Both the position numbers and the translations under genes were made by a program. The notes under the pieces were generated by a model. It was not told the origin of the DNA. It worked only from the letters and a program-made list of their open reading frames with translations, and did no database searches. From assembly GCA_964573695.1 (NCBI GenBank), contig CAZNKB010000004.1, positions 78,214 through 142,213 on the forward strand: 64,000 bases of DNA. Direction: 5' to 3'. Below, piece by piece: positions 50,192 to 60,521 of this stretch (position 1 is the first letter of the stretch; every line of letters starts with the position of its first letter). Origin of the DNA: an uncultured Gammaproteobacteria bacterium (GTDB lineage Bacteria > Patescibacteriota > Microgenomatia > UBA10105 > UBA927).

Positions 50192-51511
50192 ATGGTTGCC
50201 ATAAATCCGTTTGAGTCAGCAATGAAGCAGTTGGATGCCGCACACGCGGTTTTGAAAAAATCCAAAAAATCACTCAAAAATTTAGATCAAAAAGTCGCTG
50301 TCCTGAGGCAACCTAAACGACAACTCAACGTCACTGTTCCGGTAGTTATGGATAGCGGAGAACAACAAATATTTCAGGGTTTCCGTATTCAGTATAACGA
50401 CGCGAGAGGCCCCTACAAAGGCGGAATTCGATATCACCACAATGTGTCGCTTGATGAGGTCAAGGCATTATCGTTTTGGATGGCCATGAAATGCGCGGTT
50501 GCCGATTTGCCGCTCGGTGGTGGAAAGGGCGGGATTATTGTTGACCCCAAAACGTTGTCGCCGGGAGAGTTGGAGCGGTTGAGCCGGGGATACGGGAAAG
50601 CCATTGCGGACGTTATAGGTCCGGATCTCGACGTTCCTGCTCCTGATGTAAATACAAACGGTGTCATTATGGGGTGGATGGTTGATGAGTTTCTGAAGGT
50701 ACAACGTCATAAGGCGAAAGCTTTCGGCAAAACGTTATCAAAAACCGACGAAATGAAGCTGAAGAGCACATTTACCGGAAAGGCGATCAAAGACGGCGGC
50801 AGTGAAGGGCGGGAAGAAGCGACCGGGCTTGGCGGGCTGTTCGTCCTTCAGGCCATTCTCAAAAAACTAAAGCTTACAGGGAAATTGACTGCCGCGGTTC
50901 AGGGGTTTGGCAATGTCGGTTATAACGTAGCAAAATTTCTTGATGAGGCTGGGATCACTGTCGTTGCAGTGTCTGACAGTAAGGGGGGAATATATGTGCC
51001 CGAAGGTATTAATCCAGCGTTAACGCTAGAATGCAAAAAGAAAAACGGATATTTAGCGGGATGCTATTGTTCCGGTTCCGTCTGTGATCTGAAAAAGGGT
51101 AAACAGGTGACGAACGAGGCGCTACTTGAATTGCCGGTCGATATTCTGGTGCCCGCAGCGCTGGAAAATGCATTGACTCGGGAAAATGCGCAGAGGGTAA
51201 AAGCGAAAGTTGTGCTTGAAATGGCCAATGGACCGACCACGCCGGAGGCAGACGCAATACTTTACAAAAAAGGAATCCCGGTCATTCCCGATATCCTGAG
51301 TAACAGCGGAGGGGTCAGCGTTTCTGCCTTTGAGTGGGAGCAAAATCTCAAAGGACAACATTGGACAAAGGCTCAAGTGAATGCGAAGTTAGCCAAAAAA
51401 ATGGCGTCAGCAGCCGGTGCCGTTTGGGATGCATCGGTTCTCTACAAAACAAACTTGCGTACGGCAGCATTCGTTGTCGCACTTGAACGGATTTTGACGG
51501 CGATGAAGTAA
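50192..51511 (+). CDS. gdhA: Glutamate dehydrogenase (Glu/Leu/Phe/Val dehydrogenase family)
   Basis: GPYKGGIRY, GGGKGG, DVPAPDV, QGFGNVG, EMANGP, PDILSNSGGV. Confidence 0.93.
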   Translation: MVAINPFESAMKQLDAAHAVLKKSKKSLKNLDQKVAVLRQPKRQLNVTVPVVMDSGEQQIFQGFRIQYNDARGPYKGGIRYHHNVSLDEVKALSFWMAMKCAVADLPLGGGKGGIIVDPKTLSPGELERLSRGYGKAIADVIGPDLDVPAPDVNTNGVIMGWMVDEFLKVQRHKAKAFGKTLSKTDEMKLKSTFTGKAIKDGGSEGREEATGLGGLFVLQAILKKLKLTGKLTAAVQGFGNVGYNVAKFLDEAGITVVAVSDSKGGIYVPEGINPALTLECKKKNGYLAGCYCSGSVCDLKKGKQVTNEALLELPVDILVPAALENALTRENAQRVKAKVVLEMANGPTTPEADAILYKKGIPVIPDILSNSGGVSVSAFEWEQNLKGQHWTKAQVNAKLAKKMASAAGAVWDASVLYKTNLRTAAFVVALERILTAMK

Positions 51512-51632
51512 GTGTGTTTGGTTTACCGCCTTGACAGGCGAGTGAGCGGCTGTTTACTATAAGGTATATCAGCACGCGCTGCCCCAAGCTTGTTGACAAC
51601 CAGACGGAAAGTCCGCTACAGTGAAGCTTAGT

Positions 51633-51965
51633 ATGAATACAAAACAAGCCAAGTTTGAAGACCGTCTTACCGACATTGTTGTTCAGATAGAGAAGTCCGG
51701 GTGGACTGACGAGGATAAAAACGCGCTGTATGCCAAAATCAGCGAGTATCTCCACAGCGTCGTATTGCCGGTGCTACTTAAGTTTACCCCAGTCGATGAA
51801 TTAAAGGACCTTGCAAATAACCCCGCAAAAGATACCGTTGACGCGTTCGTTGAGGTTATGAAAAAACCATTAAGCGATCCAAAAATGGCTCAAGAGCTTG
51901 ATGCGACGGTCCACAGTGTGCTTGATGATGTCGAAACTGCCTTATCCAAAGGAGGGATAACATGA
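51633..51965 (+). CDS. Small acidic helical protein, paralog A1
   Basis: Aligns with 52513 and 53495 (L..I...IE.S.....K..LY..ISE.L....P.LL..P..L..L...P); TTGACA-18-TACAGT upstream. Confidence 0.75.
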   Translation: MNTKQAKFEDRLTDIVVQIEKSGWTDEDKNALYAKISEYLHSVVLPVLLKFTPVDELKDLANNPAKDTVDAFVEVMKKPLSDPKMAQELDATVHSVLDDVETALSKGGIT

Positions 51966-52507
51966 GTGAACAATCCATGGGTGCAGAACTAGGGACACCG
52001 AGAGATCGTGCCATTGCCTATCTGGAACTCCGGCAGCACGGAACATACAAAGGCGGAGCGGAGAAAAACGTCAAGACAGGATTGATTCCCGACAAAGTAC
52101 GTCGTACCGAGCCGCTTGTAGATGCGGTGACTGCCTATGAGCAGGTGATTGACCGCATGGGACAGAAGGGGTTTGTCGGGTCACAGCAAGCATTGGAAAA
52201 TCTTCGTCCGCAGGCCTATGACGCGATGCGCGGTGTGCAATGGGGAGCGAGAGCCGCGGACTTTTTGTTGACCGCAGCTATCTGGTTGGGACCAACGAGA
52301 CGGGTTATTCGAGGATTACCGCTTAAAGCAGCCGCAACGTGGGCCATGATGAGATTCCGTCCTCTTGAATGGGCCGCAGCTACGGCGACAAAGATAGGCG
52401 GATCCGTTGCCACAACGGAAACAGTGGCGCCCGTTGTCAACAAAATTCTGCAAGGCGGAGAACGCGTTCCGAAAACGCCCGCCGTACCTAAACCCATGGC
52501 GGCCTAA
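51962..52507 (+). CDS. Ala-rich amphipathic hypothetical protein, partner B1
   Basis: 4-nt overlap with A1; hydrophobic Ala/Trp-rich C-half. Confidence 0.7.
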   Translation: MSEQSMGAELGTPRDRAIAYLELRQHGTYKGGAEKNVKTGLIPDKVRRTEPLVDAVTAYEQVIDRMGQKGFVGSQQALENLRPQAYDAMRGVQWGARAADFLLTAAIWLGPTRRVIRGLPLKAAATWAMMRFRPLEWAAATATKIGGSVATTETVAPVVNKILQGGERVPKTPAVPKPMAA

Positions 52508-52512
52508 CTATC

Positions 52513-52821
52513 ATGGAAGAGAAACTTAAAGCGATCCTTGCCCGCATAGAAGCCTCAAACCTCGAAGAGCAGGATAAGGTAAAGCTCTATGCCGTCATCT
52601 CCGAGTCTCTCAAGGCGGCGATTTGGCCTACACTTCTTGCCAAAATGCCGAAAAACGAGCTGGAAATGCTTGTGAAAAACCCCGGGAAAGCAACTGCTGA
52701 ATCATACCTTCATCTGATCGAAGAAGCGACCAAAGACGAAAAGGTGCTGGATGACGTGAATGAAGTGCTTATGAATTTGGTAAATGAAATAGATGCGGCC
52801 CTTACGGAGGAAAAGATATGA
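52513..52821 (+). CDS. Small acidic helical protein, paralog A2
   Basis: MEEKLKAILARIEASNL..; clear paralog of 53495. Confidence 0.8.
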   Translation: MEEKLKAILARIEASNLEEQDKVKLYAVISESLKAAIWPTLLAKMPKNELEMLVKNPGKATAESYLHLIEEATKDEKVLDDVNEVLMNLVNEIDAALTEEKI

Positions 52822-53432
52822 CCGAGCAAACAGGAGAATTGGCAGCCCCAGTCGAACGGGAGAGCGGTGTGGTAAAACGGATTGCCGAGAAGGCCGGCAA
52901 GTTTTTGTCGGAAAACTACACATTGAAGGGTGCCAAGGCGCGGGAACTGAGAGCGCTTGATGCGGTGGTAGGGAGCTTTACCCCGGAACAGCAAATGGAG
53001 ATGCGGGCACATTTTGAGGCTAAGGCGGAGAAGAATGCAAAATGGAAAGTGATCCGTAATTGGGTTGCGACTGGTGCTGGTATTGCCCTTGGCGGAGCAG
53101 TAGTAATAGCCGGACCCGACAAAGCTGCTGCGGCAGTCGTGTTGGCTGCAGGAAAAGTAGCTGAATGGTGGACGGTGACAGCCGCTCCGGCGCTTGCAAA
53201 AGCGGCAGCGCCAATAATTGCAGTGGGAGAAGCGGTCAAGACAGGGATACACAAGGCCTGGACTACGGTGTATAACTATGTTGACTATATGTTTGATATC
53301 AAACCGTTTGCGGTTGATATCCCATGGACCCAAATCAAAGACGGGGCGCCGAAGATCCCGCCATTCCCCGATTTACCACCGTTTAATCCGCCAAAGATAG
53401 AGATTCCCTGGCCGAAATTCGGGATTAAATAG
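52818..53432 (+). CDS. Gly/Ala-rich hydrophobic protein with Pro-rich tail, partner B2
   Basis: 4-nt overlap with A2; VATGAGIALGGAVVIAG; tail PKIPPFPDLPPFNPPKIEIPWPKF. Confidence 0.75.
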   Translation: MTEQTGELAAPVERESGVVKRIAEKAGKFLSENYTLKGAKARELRALDAVVGSFTPEQQMEMRAHFEAKAEKNAKWKVIRNWVATGAGIALGGAVVIAGPDKAAAAVVLAAGKVAEWWTVTAAPALAKAAAPIIAVGEAVKTGIHKAWTTVYNYVDYMFDIKPFAVDIPWTQIKDGAPKIPPFPDLPPFNPPKIEIPWPKFGIK

Positions 53433-53494
53433 GTGAGGGGATATTGACTTGACGGTGTCCTGATGCCATAGTATTAATTAAGAAAAGGAGTCTT

Positions 53495-53818
53495 ATGGAA
53501 GATAAACTGAAAGCAATTGTGACGAGAATCGAACAAAGTAAATTATCCGAAGCAGAAAAGGCAGAGCTTTATACAACTATCTCTGAGGGACTGCAGGTGA
53601 CCGTGTGGCCGGTGTTACTTAAATACATGCCCAAAGAGCAACTTGATTATCTTGCTGCCGATCCTAAGGGGAGAGTGACTGTCGAAAGTTATGCGCAACT
53701 CATTACCGATACGATCAAAGACGGTGTGGCACTCAAGGAAATTGATGACCTGATGAATCAGGTGCTTGATGAGGTCGATAAAGCACTTTCTGAAGAGGGG
53801 ATCGATACAGTAAAATAA
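53495..53818 (+). CDS. Small acidic helical protein, paralog A3
   Basis: MEDKLKAIVTRIEQSKL..; AAGGAG SD. Confidence 0.8.
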   Translation: MEDKLKAIVTRIEQSKLSEAEKAELYTTISEGLQVTVWPVLLKYMPKEQLDYLAADPKGRVTVESYAQLITDTIKDGVALKEIDDLMNQVLDEVDKALSEEGIDTVK

Positions 53819-53849
53819 ATTAAGTTTTCTTGCCCAAAGAAGAAAGGAT

Positions 53850-54377
53850 ATGACTATGGCAGAAATAGGAATGTCAATGGAACCACCGAAAAAAGGATTT
53901 GTCGAAGGGCTTCGTCGTGCATTCACGGTTGGGGGAGCGAAAGAGAAGTGGTATCAGGATCACAAAGATCTGGTGCTTAAATACACAGATGTGCATAATG
54001 GCCTGAACGACGAACAGCGTGCACAGGTGATGCAGCAGATAGAAAACGACGCGACTAAGTCGGCAAAGATCGCCGTTGGGAAGCATGTGGGTGCAGCCGT
54101 TCTCACAACTGCAGTTCTGGGATTTGGTGGAGGACTTGTGGGGAGTGAGCGGTTCCGAAATTTTGTAGCAAAAGGCAAATTGTTTAATTGGGAGTTTGGA
54201 AAAGGACTTGCAACACTAGGGGAGAAAGGGGCTGGTCATTTGGGTGATGCAAAAAAATGGCTGGACAAGGTAATTGATGGGCCAAAGCAGTGGGTGTATA
54301 AAAAAATACTTCCTGATTCTGCGCTTACCGGCGCGTTTGATGCAGGGGCTACTGTGGCTAGCGCAGTAAAGAAATAA
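53850..54377 (+). CDS. Gly-rich hydrophobic protein, partner B3
   Basis: Shares (Y/F)T..GAK and EQ.......E..A.K.AK..V plus a hydrophobic segment with B2. Confidence 0.75.
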   Translation: MTMAEIGMSMEPPKKGFVEGLRRAFTVGGAKEKWYQDHKDLVLKYTDVHNGLNDEQRAQVMQQIENDATKSAKIAVGKHVGAAVLTTAVLGFGGGLVGSERFRNFVAKGKLFNWEFGKGLATLGEKGAGHLGDAKKWLDKVIDGPKQWVYKKILPDSALTGAFDAGATVASAVKK

Positions 54378-54473
54378 AGCAAACGTTATCCCTCTTTTAG
54401 CGATCTCATATGGCTAGGGCATAGGTATTTTTGTGTTGCAATTCACGTTTGTATATGTTCTACTAATAGTAGA

Positions 54474-55235
54474 ATGTCTATGTCAGAAATACCCAAGGGT
54501 AATCCTCAATTTGTGGGCCAAGCAGATGCGAGTAAATTGCAGGCCGAAGCTCCCATAAAAGCCGAATTTACTATTTCCCCGGAACAGCAAAAGGTAGCCG
54601 ACGTTATGAAAGAGAGTGGTGATAAGCTTGCTGACTCCGTCATTGAGGCGCGGGCACGGGCAGCCGGTAAACTTCAGTCGTTGCGTGGTAAAGAACTCGT
54701 TGATGCGGGATTGAAGCAAATGGGAAGAGGAGCCTGGGAAACATTCAAGTCGGAACTCAAATGGGGGATACCAATGTACATATTAGGCACGGTTGGTGGA
54801 GCGACAGCAGGATATGCAGGTGTAAGAGGATTACGCACAGAAGAAGGGCGCCAGTCTCTAGCAAATAGTTTATCCAGTCTCTCGGATGAGCCAGTACCGC
54901 TTATGTCTGCGGAGGAAGCACGTTCTGCACAGCAATTCGCGACAGGTCTTGGTGCAACCATAGGGGGAACTATTGGTAAGGATGTAGGTGTGTTGTTGGG
55001 ATACGAAACCGCTGGGCTCAAATATAACAAGAAAATTGCGGTCAAGGAAAACTTACCGTCCACGAAATTTGTTGACTGGGTAGTTGGTAATGCTGCAAAT
55101 GTCGGGATACGGACGCTTCTTAAAGGGCGTTTCGGCTTTGTAGGTCAGCTTGTGGTAAATGAGGTTACAAATCCGATAACAATCGGGGGACTCCGCAATG
55201 TGGCGACCGGCATGTGGCAGATGAGAAAGGGATAA
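54474..55235 (+). CDS. Glycine-zipper-like membrane-associated protein
   Basis: GxxxG arrays GTVGGATAGYAG and GLGATIGGTIG..VGVLLG. Confidence 0.7.
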   Translation: MSMSEIPKGNPQFVGQADASKLQAEAPIKAEFTISPEQQKVADVMKESGDKLADSVIEARARAAGKLQSLRGKELVDAGLKQMGRGAWETFKSELKWGIPMYILGTVGGATAGYAGVRGLRTEEGRQSLANSLSSLSDEPVPLMSAEEARSAQQFATGLGATIGGTIGKDVGVLLGYETAGLKYNKKIAVKENLPSTKFVDWVVGNAANVGIRTLLKGRFGFVGQLVVNEVTNPITIGGLRNVATGMWQMRKG

Positions 55236-55236
55236 T

Positions 55237-55521
55237 ATGCAGGCACTGAAACACAAAATACAGCATACAACTCTATTTTCTGATGACGATAAGATCGCTA
55301 TCCTTGCTGCAGTCGATACGTACACTGCGGAAGATGTAAAGGCGCTGGAGGGCATCATCGATGAGTTTGATGAGAAGCACCAGGAGGCTATTTCCGAGTA
55401 CAAAAAATCCGTGTACGGAGTACTCGATACGATCGTTGCAAAAGCGAACCCGTCAGACAAAAAACGCTTCCAAAATGCTGCAGCTGATGTCCGGAGCGGT
55501 TTAGACGCACTTCTACAATAA
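55237..55521 (+). CDS. Small acidic helical protein (possible distant A paralog)
   Basis: 94 aa, acidic; LKHKI...FSDDDKIAIL loosely resembles the A-family N-terminus. Confidence 0.65.
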   Translation: MQALKHKIQHTTLFSDDDKIAILAAVDTYTAEDVKALEGIIDEFDEKHQEAISEYKKSVYGVLDTIVAKANPSDKKRFQNAAADVRSGLDALLQ

Positions 55522-55560
55522 AGTTTTTCCTCCTTCAGTTGTGTTTGCTATAATCGGAAT

Positions 55561-57726
55561 ATGACCGAGTACCCTCCGAAGCCCAAGCGTACTATAGAGG
55601 CGCCCACAAAGGAAATTCCCCGCGTAGACCCGAGCCCGCTTCAAGAATCCGCAAAGTTAGTAGGGGCTATAGATGCGAAAGATAAGCAGGGAATCGAGCA
55701 GCACTCAAGCGCATTGGTGGATGAAGTAAGAAAGGATTTTGCCCGTCAGAACGTACCACTTACTCCAAGCGAAACATCATCTCTGGGAAAAAAAGTGAAA
55801 GACTCTTTGAATAACGCCGGAAAGCGGACATCTGAAATGGTGTTTTCTAAAGAGATGCAGAAGGACTTGGCAGAGTATAGGAGTATCGTAACAGATATAG
55901 AGAAAACGTATAAATTTTCCTCAATAGCCCCTGAATTCTATAAGGCGGCAGATAAAATACGTACAAACACAGTGTTGGAAACATTAAGTATTTTTGGTAT
56001 TCAGCACGCATCTAACCCGGGACATGTCGAGCGTGCAGCGATAGAGGTGGCCAGATTTAGTGAAGCAAAGGGCGTAGGGGCAAAGCTCAAACACGCCATG
56101 TCTATCGGAAGGGAAGCACTGCCGTATGTCTACATACTTGGGCTTATACCGCCGCTCATTAACAGTAAGAACATCAGTAAACAATTTGAAGAAAGCACCA
56201 TGAAATTGCGATCAGCTATTAACACCCGGGTAGCACAGTCCGTTTTTATGAGGGATTTTGAGTTTATCCATGACAAGCCAGCCTCAGAAATCATGAATAT
56301 CGTCGATAAAGGCAAACAGGGTACCGTTGATCTTATGAGACTCACGTACAAGCAAATGTTGCCAAAGATTGCAGCTCTTGGTGCAATTACGACTACGGAA
56401 TTTCTTATTGCTCCTCCCGCGGGTATCTTGGGACTTATTCGGATACCGTTCTTGGCTAAACACGGGGAACAAACTGCCAGAAAAATTCTTTCTGAGCGCG
56501 CAGAGAATTTAAAGAGGAAGGATTTGATAGATGCTCGTGTGATGTCGTCGCTTCAGAGTCTCGAGGTGGTTCGGACGACAGATAGCATGGTGAATGCCAT
56601 GGAAGAGCTGCAAAGTAATATGTCCAAAAGCGACGAAGTGGATATTGCGGCGGATTCCTCAAGAAGTGAACGCGACATAAAGGAATCCTACTATGGTTTG
56701 GGGTATACCTATGGCATACCCATTGTAGCCGCCGGGTGGGAAGCGTTGATGAATTTAAATGCACTGAAAGGAAAAGATACGTCGTTTGATGCCGGCCAAG
56801 CGTCGCTCAATGTTATGCTCGCAGGAACCAGTACGTTAGCTTTGGAGGGTATTAACGGTGCGATGATGGAAGAGCTTGTACATGAATACACGGATAAAGT
56901 GCAGCCCGCACTTCAGGATATCCGTCGCATGAATGAGCTGTTGGGGCCGTATGATCAGGTCGATACGCCGGAGGGCCCACGGGAACAGGCGCGGATGCCG
57001 GCCGAAGCGTTGGGTAACTTTGATATTTCCATAAAAAATTTGAATTTCAAAAATATTTTACATAACGTGTCCATGGATATACCCCAAGGGTCGTTTGTGA
57101 CTATCAAGGGGCAGTCGGGAATAGGGAAGACGACCTTTTTACGTCATATGCTTGGGTTGTTTGGTGCAGAAGAGGGCAAGGTGTCATACGGCGGAACGGA
57201 TCTCGGGAGTATCAAAAAGTACGGAGAACACTCGATTTATTCTCAGCTTGCGTATGCCAATCAGAACCCTCAATATTTCGAAAACATGAGCCTTAGGGAA
57301 AACCTATTGCTTTGGACCAAAAAGCAGGTTGACACGGAAAAATTAACAACGGTACTACACGATCTCCACCTGGATCATATCGCAGACCGTATGGACAGCA
57401 ATGTGAAGCATTTTTCCGGTGGGGAACTCCGCAGAATCGGGATTGCCCGGGCGCTCCTTAAAGATCCGAAGGTGCTCTTCCTTGACGAGCCAACCGCAAA
57501 TTTAGACGAAGCTTCGGCAAAACAGGTGCTCGATATCATTAAACAGATGCGAAAGACGAGACCGGATATGACTGTGGTTGCCGTGACCCATGATCCGAAT
57601 TTCGAAGCGATCGCGGAAAAGATCGTTGATTTTGCCGAGGTGAATAAGCCTAACGATACGAAAGCCGAGTCACTCGGGAACCGGCAGGTGTTTTATGCGT
57701 CGAGTGCTTCTCCCTCGAAGAATTAG
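55561..57726 (+). CDS. ABC-exporter-like ATPase with divergent TMD, paralog 1
   Basis: GQSGIGKTT, YANQ, FSGGE, VLFLDEPTANLD, VTHD. Confidence 0.88.
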   Translation: MTEYPPKPKRTIEAPTKEIPRVDPSPLQESAKLVGAIDAKDKQGIEQHSSALVDEVRKDFARQNVPLTPSETSSLGKKVKDSLNNAGKRTSEMVFSKEMQKDLAEYRSIVTDIEKTYKFSSIAPEFYKAADKIRTNTVLETLSIFGIQHASNPGHVERAAIEVARFSEAKGVGAKLKHAMSIGREALPYVYILGLIPPLINSKNISKQFEESTMKLRSAINTRVAQSVFMRDFEFIHDKPASEIMNIVDKGKQGTVDLMRLTYKQMLPKIAALGAITTTEFLIAPPAGILGLIRIPFLAKHGEQTARKILSERAENLKRKDLIDARVMSSLQSLEVVRTTDSMVNAMEELQSNMSKSDEVDIAADSSRSERDIKESYYGLGYTYGIPIVAAGWEALMNLNALKGKDTSFDAGQASLNVMLAGTSTLALEGINGAMMEELVHEYTDKVQPALQDIRRMNELLGPYDQVDTPEGPREQARMPAEALGNFDISIKNLNFKNILHNVSMDIPQGSFVTIKGQSGIGKTTFLRHMLGLFGAEEGKVSYGGTDLGSIKKYGEHSIYSQLAYANQNPQYFENMSLRENLLLWTKKQVDTEKLTTVLHDLHLDHIADRMDSNVKHFSGGELRRIGIARALLKDPKVLFLDEPTANLDEASAKQVLDIIKQMRKTRPDMTVVAVTHDPNFEAIAEKIVDFAEVNKPNDTKAESLGNRQVFYASSASPSKN

Positions 57727-57750
57727 TACGTTTGGGTTACAATACCGTGC

Positions 57751-59682
57751 ATGGTTAACGTAGAGCGTCAAAAAGCGCCAATTTCTTTTGCTCCAGAGCT
57801 TTCTACAAGAGGATCGGATGAAAAACTTCCTGCAATATCCCTCAAGGAATATCAGGATACGTTTTTGTCCCTCTACACGCTCTATGGATTAGATAAACAT
57901 GCCGCAAAACTCGGATTGCTAGAAGGGACCATGATGACGCGTTCCGTTATGGGACAGCTCATGGGGCCATTTATTAACAAGCAGTTCCGCACTATATTCG
58001 TCGGGTCGTCACCTACAGGTGAGTTGAGCGAGGGTTTAGCGCGGCCAAATGATAAACAAGCGTTCCTTGCCGCTGCAAAAAAACTAGCATTCATTGTAGG
58101 TGGCGCTATGGCCGGGAATTTGTCGGTAAAGTTATTGGACGGGGTGGCCAGGAAAGCATACGAGGAAGAGTCGTTGTTTTTCCGAAAAGCGATAAATGAC
58201 CGTATCGCGCAGTCCATATTCATGCGTGACCTTGAGTTCGTGCAGAATAAGACTCCCGCAGAGATACTCAACATCATAGATAAAGGGAAGCGGGGGATAA
58301 TGACTGTCATTGATGAGACTATTACGGAAGTCGTACCTCACTTGACGGCAATCGTGGCCGCAAGTGCCGCCGGATTTACGGTGGACAAGAAAGTGGGAGG
58401 GTTGGGGCTCCTCCGTCTGCCGTTTCTGTATGCCACGAATAAGAAGGTGATAGAGCAGATGCTTGTGGACAGAAAGAAAGAGCTGGCGCAAAAGGACGCG
58501 ATAGACGCGCGTGTGATGTCATCGCTTCAGAGCGTAGAGTTGGTGAAGTCCTCCGATACTATGGAGCATGCAATCGGCGAATTGGGCAACACGATGCATG
58601 AACAGGATGCCATGATTATCAAATCCAAGCAAAAACGCGTTGCCAGAAGTCAGCAGGAGGCGTACCTTGATACATTGTTTGAAGATATATTGCCTATGGC
58701 GCTCGGGTACGCGGAATATAATGACTTGGTACAATCCGACCATAACCCTTTCGCTTCCGCGACCGTAGCCCTTCAGCACTACAGAACAATAGCGGGTGAA
58801 CAGCGCAGCATAGGCTGGCATGCATCCGCGTTAATGTCATCTCTCTCAGAGAGGATCCAGCCGGCGATTCAAGATATCAAAAGAATGGATGAGTTGCTTG
58901 GTCCGTATGATATGCTGGATAAGCCGGACGGGTTGTTGGAACAAGCAAGAAATCCTGTTTCCCAACTCCGTAACTTTGATATTCAGGTGCGGAATTTACA
59001 ATACAAAAATATACTCCACAACGTATCCCTTCATATACCTGAGGGGTCGTTCGTGACCATTCGAGGGCCTTCGGGTATCGGAAAAACAACACTTCTTCGT
59101 CATATGTTGGGATTGTTTGGGGCGGCGCATGGGGTCGTAACTTACGGAGATCAAGATTTGGGGAGTATAAAAAAATACGGTGAGCATTCTATCTATTCCA
59201 AGTTAGCATATGCGAATCAGGCGCCGTTGTATTTTGAAAATATGTCACTTCGGGATAACCTTCAGTTGTGGACGACGAATCACGTGTCCGACGAAACTTT
59301 ATTCCAGGTGTTGCACGATTTGAAACTCGATCATATCGCAGGTCGACTTGATAGCAAGGTAAAGCATTTTTCCGGTGGGGAACTCCGGAGAATTGGAATT
59401 GCCCGGGCGCTCCTCAAGAATCCGCAGGTGCTTTTTTTGGATGAGCCGACCGCAAATTTAGATGAAGGATCATTACAGCAGGTGTTGCAGATCATAAAAG
59501 ACATGCGTAAAAACAGGCCGGATATGACGGTTATTGCGATAACCCATGATCCGCATTTTGAAGCGATCGCGGAAAAGATTGTGGATTTTGCCGAGGTGAA
59601 TAAGCCAAACGACATGAGCGCGGAGACACTCGGGAATCGGAGCGTATTTTATGGGCCACCGCCCACAGGAAAGAATACATAG
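57751..59682 (+). CDS. ABC-exporter-like ATPase with divergent TMD, paralog 2
   Basis: GPSGIGKTT, YANQ, FSGGE, VLFLDEPTANLD, ITHD. Confidence 0.88.
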   Translation: MVNVERQKAPISFAPELSTRGSDEKLPAISLKEYQDTFLSLYTLYGLDKHAAKLGLLEGTMMTRSVMGQLMGPFINKQFRTIFVGSSPTGELSEGLARPNDKQAFLAAAKKLAFIVGGAMAGNLSVKLLDGVARKAYEEESLFFRKAINDRIAQSIFMRDLEFVQNKTPAEILNIIDKGKRGIMTVIDETITEVVPHLTAIVAASAAGFTVDKKVGGLGLLRLPFLYATNKKVIEQMLVDRKKELAQKDAIDARVMSSLQSVELVKSSDTMEHAIGELGNTMHEQDAMIIKSKQKRVARSQQEAYLDTLFEDILPMALGYAEYNDLVQSDHNPFASATVALQHYRTIAGEQRSIGWHASALMSSLSERIQPAIQDIKRMDELLGPYDMLDKPDGLLEQARNPVSQLRNFDIQVRNLQYKNILHNVSLHIPEGSFVTIRGPSGIGKTTLLRHMLGLFGAAHGVVTYGDQDLGSIKKYGEHSIYSKLAYANQAPLYFENMSLRDNLQLWTTNHVSDETLFQVLHDLKLDHIAGRLDSKVKHFSGGELRRIGIARALLKNPQVLFLDEPTANLDEGSLQQVLQIIKDMRKNRPDMTVIAITHDPHFEAIAEKIVDFAEVNKPNDMSAETLGNRSVFYGPPPTGKNT

Positions 59683-59710
59683 CGCGTATTGAGTGGTATA
59701 CTATAGGTAT

Positions 59711-60502
59711 ATGAGCGAGAAACCACCAATGGGCGATATGCGCCCCAAACCAAAAGATATTCTCTTGCCGCCTGATAAGGCCAAAGAGATAAGTGACATT
59801 ATCCCCAAACCGGAGAATCAATTCCACTATAAAATTACCGGGGAATGGCAGCAGAATCGAGAGGTCTATCGGGTCATGGAGGGTAATAAAGTGATCAGCG
59901 ACTACTCATTCCCGGAAAAAAGTAACATGAGTAAGGTGCAGTTTGCCACCCGCAAGACGTATTCCAAAGAAGTGAATTTATTGGGAGCTTGGACGGATCA
60001 GCCCGTGCAATTTGACCGCAAAACCGGAACGTGGAAAAAGCTCAATATCCTTGAGCGCGTGAAGCAGACGTTTTCCAAAGAAGTGAATATCCCGGCGCAA
60101 GTGGTCATGGAAGTGGCTGGTGGTAAAGAGGTGCCGATCCTTCACACGCTTGAGCAGAAGCGCCCGGTAGGAGAGACGGTTGTCGAGGCTAAAGTAAATA
60201 CACTTTCCGAGGCGCAGGTTGACTTGGGTCTTAAGTATAAGCACGTGGATCACAAGATTTCAGAGCTTGAAGAGACTAATCGGGTGCTCAAAACTGAAGC
60301 AGCGACAAGTGCTGCCTTGATCGCGTCACTTCGCCAGCAAGTCGTTATCGCTAACCGAAAAGTTTCCGAATTATCGGCACAACTTCGTGTGGCGCAAATG
60401 AAGGCGCAGGATGCGGCTAATCAGGCAAACCCACATCATGAAGGGCCAATCTACTCCAAGCCGGACCCTGCGGATGTTGTCGAGGGTGAAGTCATAGGAT
60501 AA
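59711..60502 (+). CDS. Hypothetical soluble protein with C-terminal coiled coil
   Basis: Pro-rich N-terminus, internal SKEVN repeat, heptad region ISELEETNRVLKTEAATSAALIASLRQQV..VSELSAQL. Confidence 0.7.
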   Translation: MSEKPPMGDMRPKPKDILLPPDKAKEISDIIPKPENQFHYKITGEWQQNREVYRVMEGNKVISDYSFPEKSNMSKVQFATRKTYSKEVNLLGAWTDQPVQFDRKTGTWKKLNILERVKQTFSKEVNIPAQVVMEVAGGKEVPILHTLEQKRPVGETVVEAKVNTLSEAQVDLGLKYKHVDHKISELEETNRVLKTEAATSAALIASLRQQVVIANRKVSELSAQLRVAQMKAQDAANQANPHHEGPIYSKPDPADVVEGEVIG

Positions 60503-60521
60503 TACTGTACAATAAGGGGAT

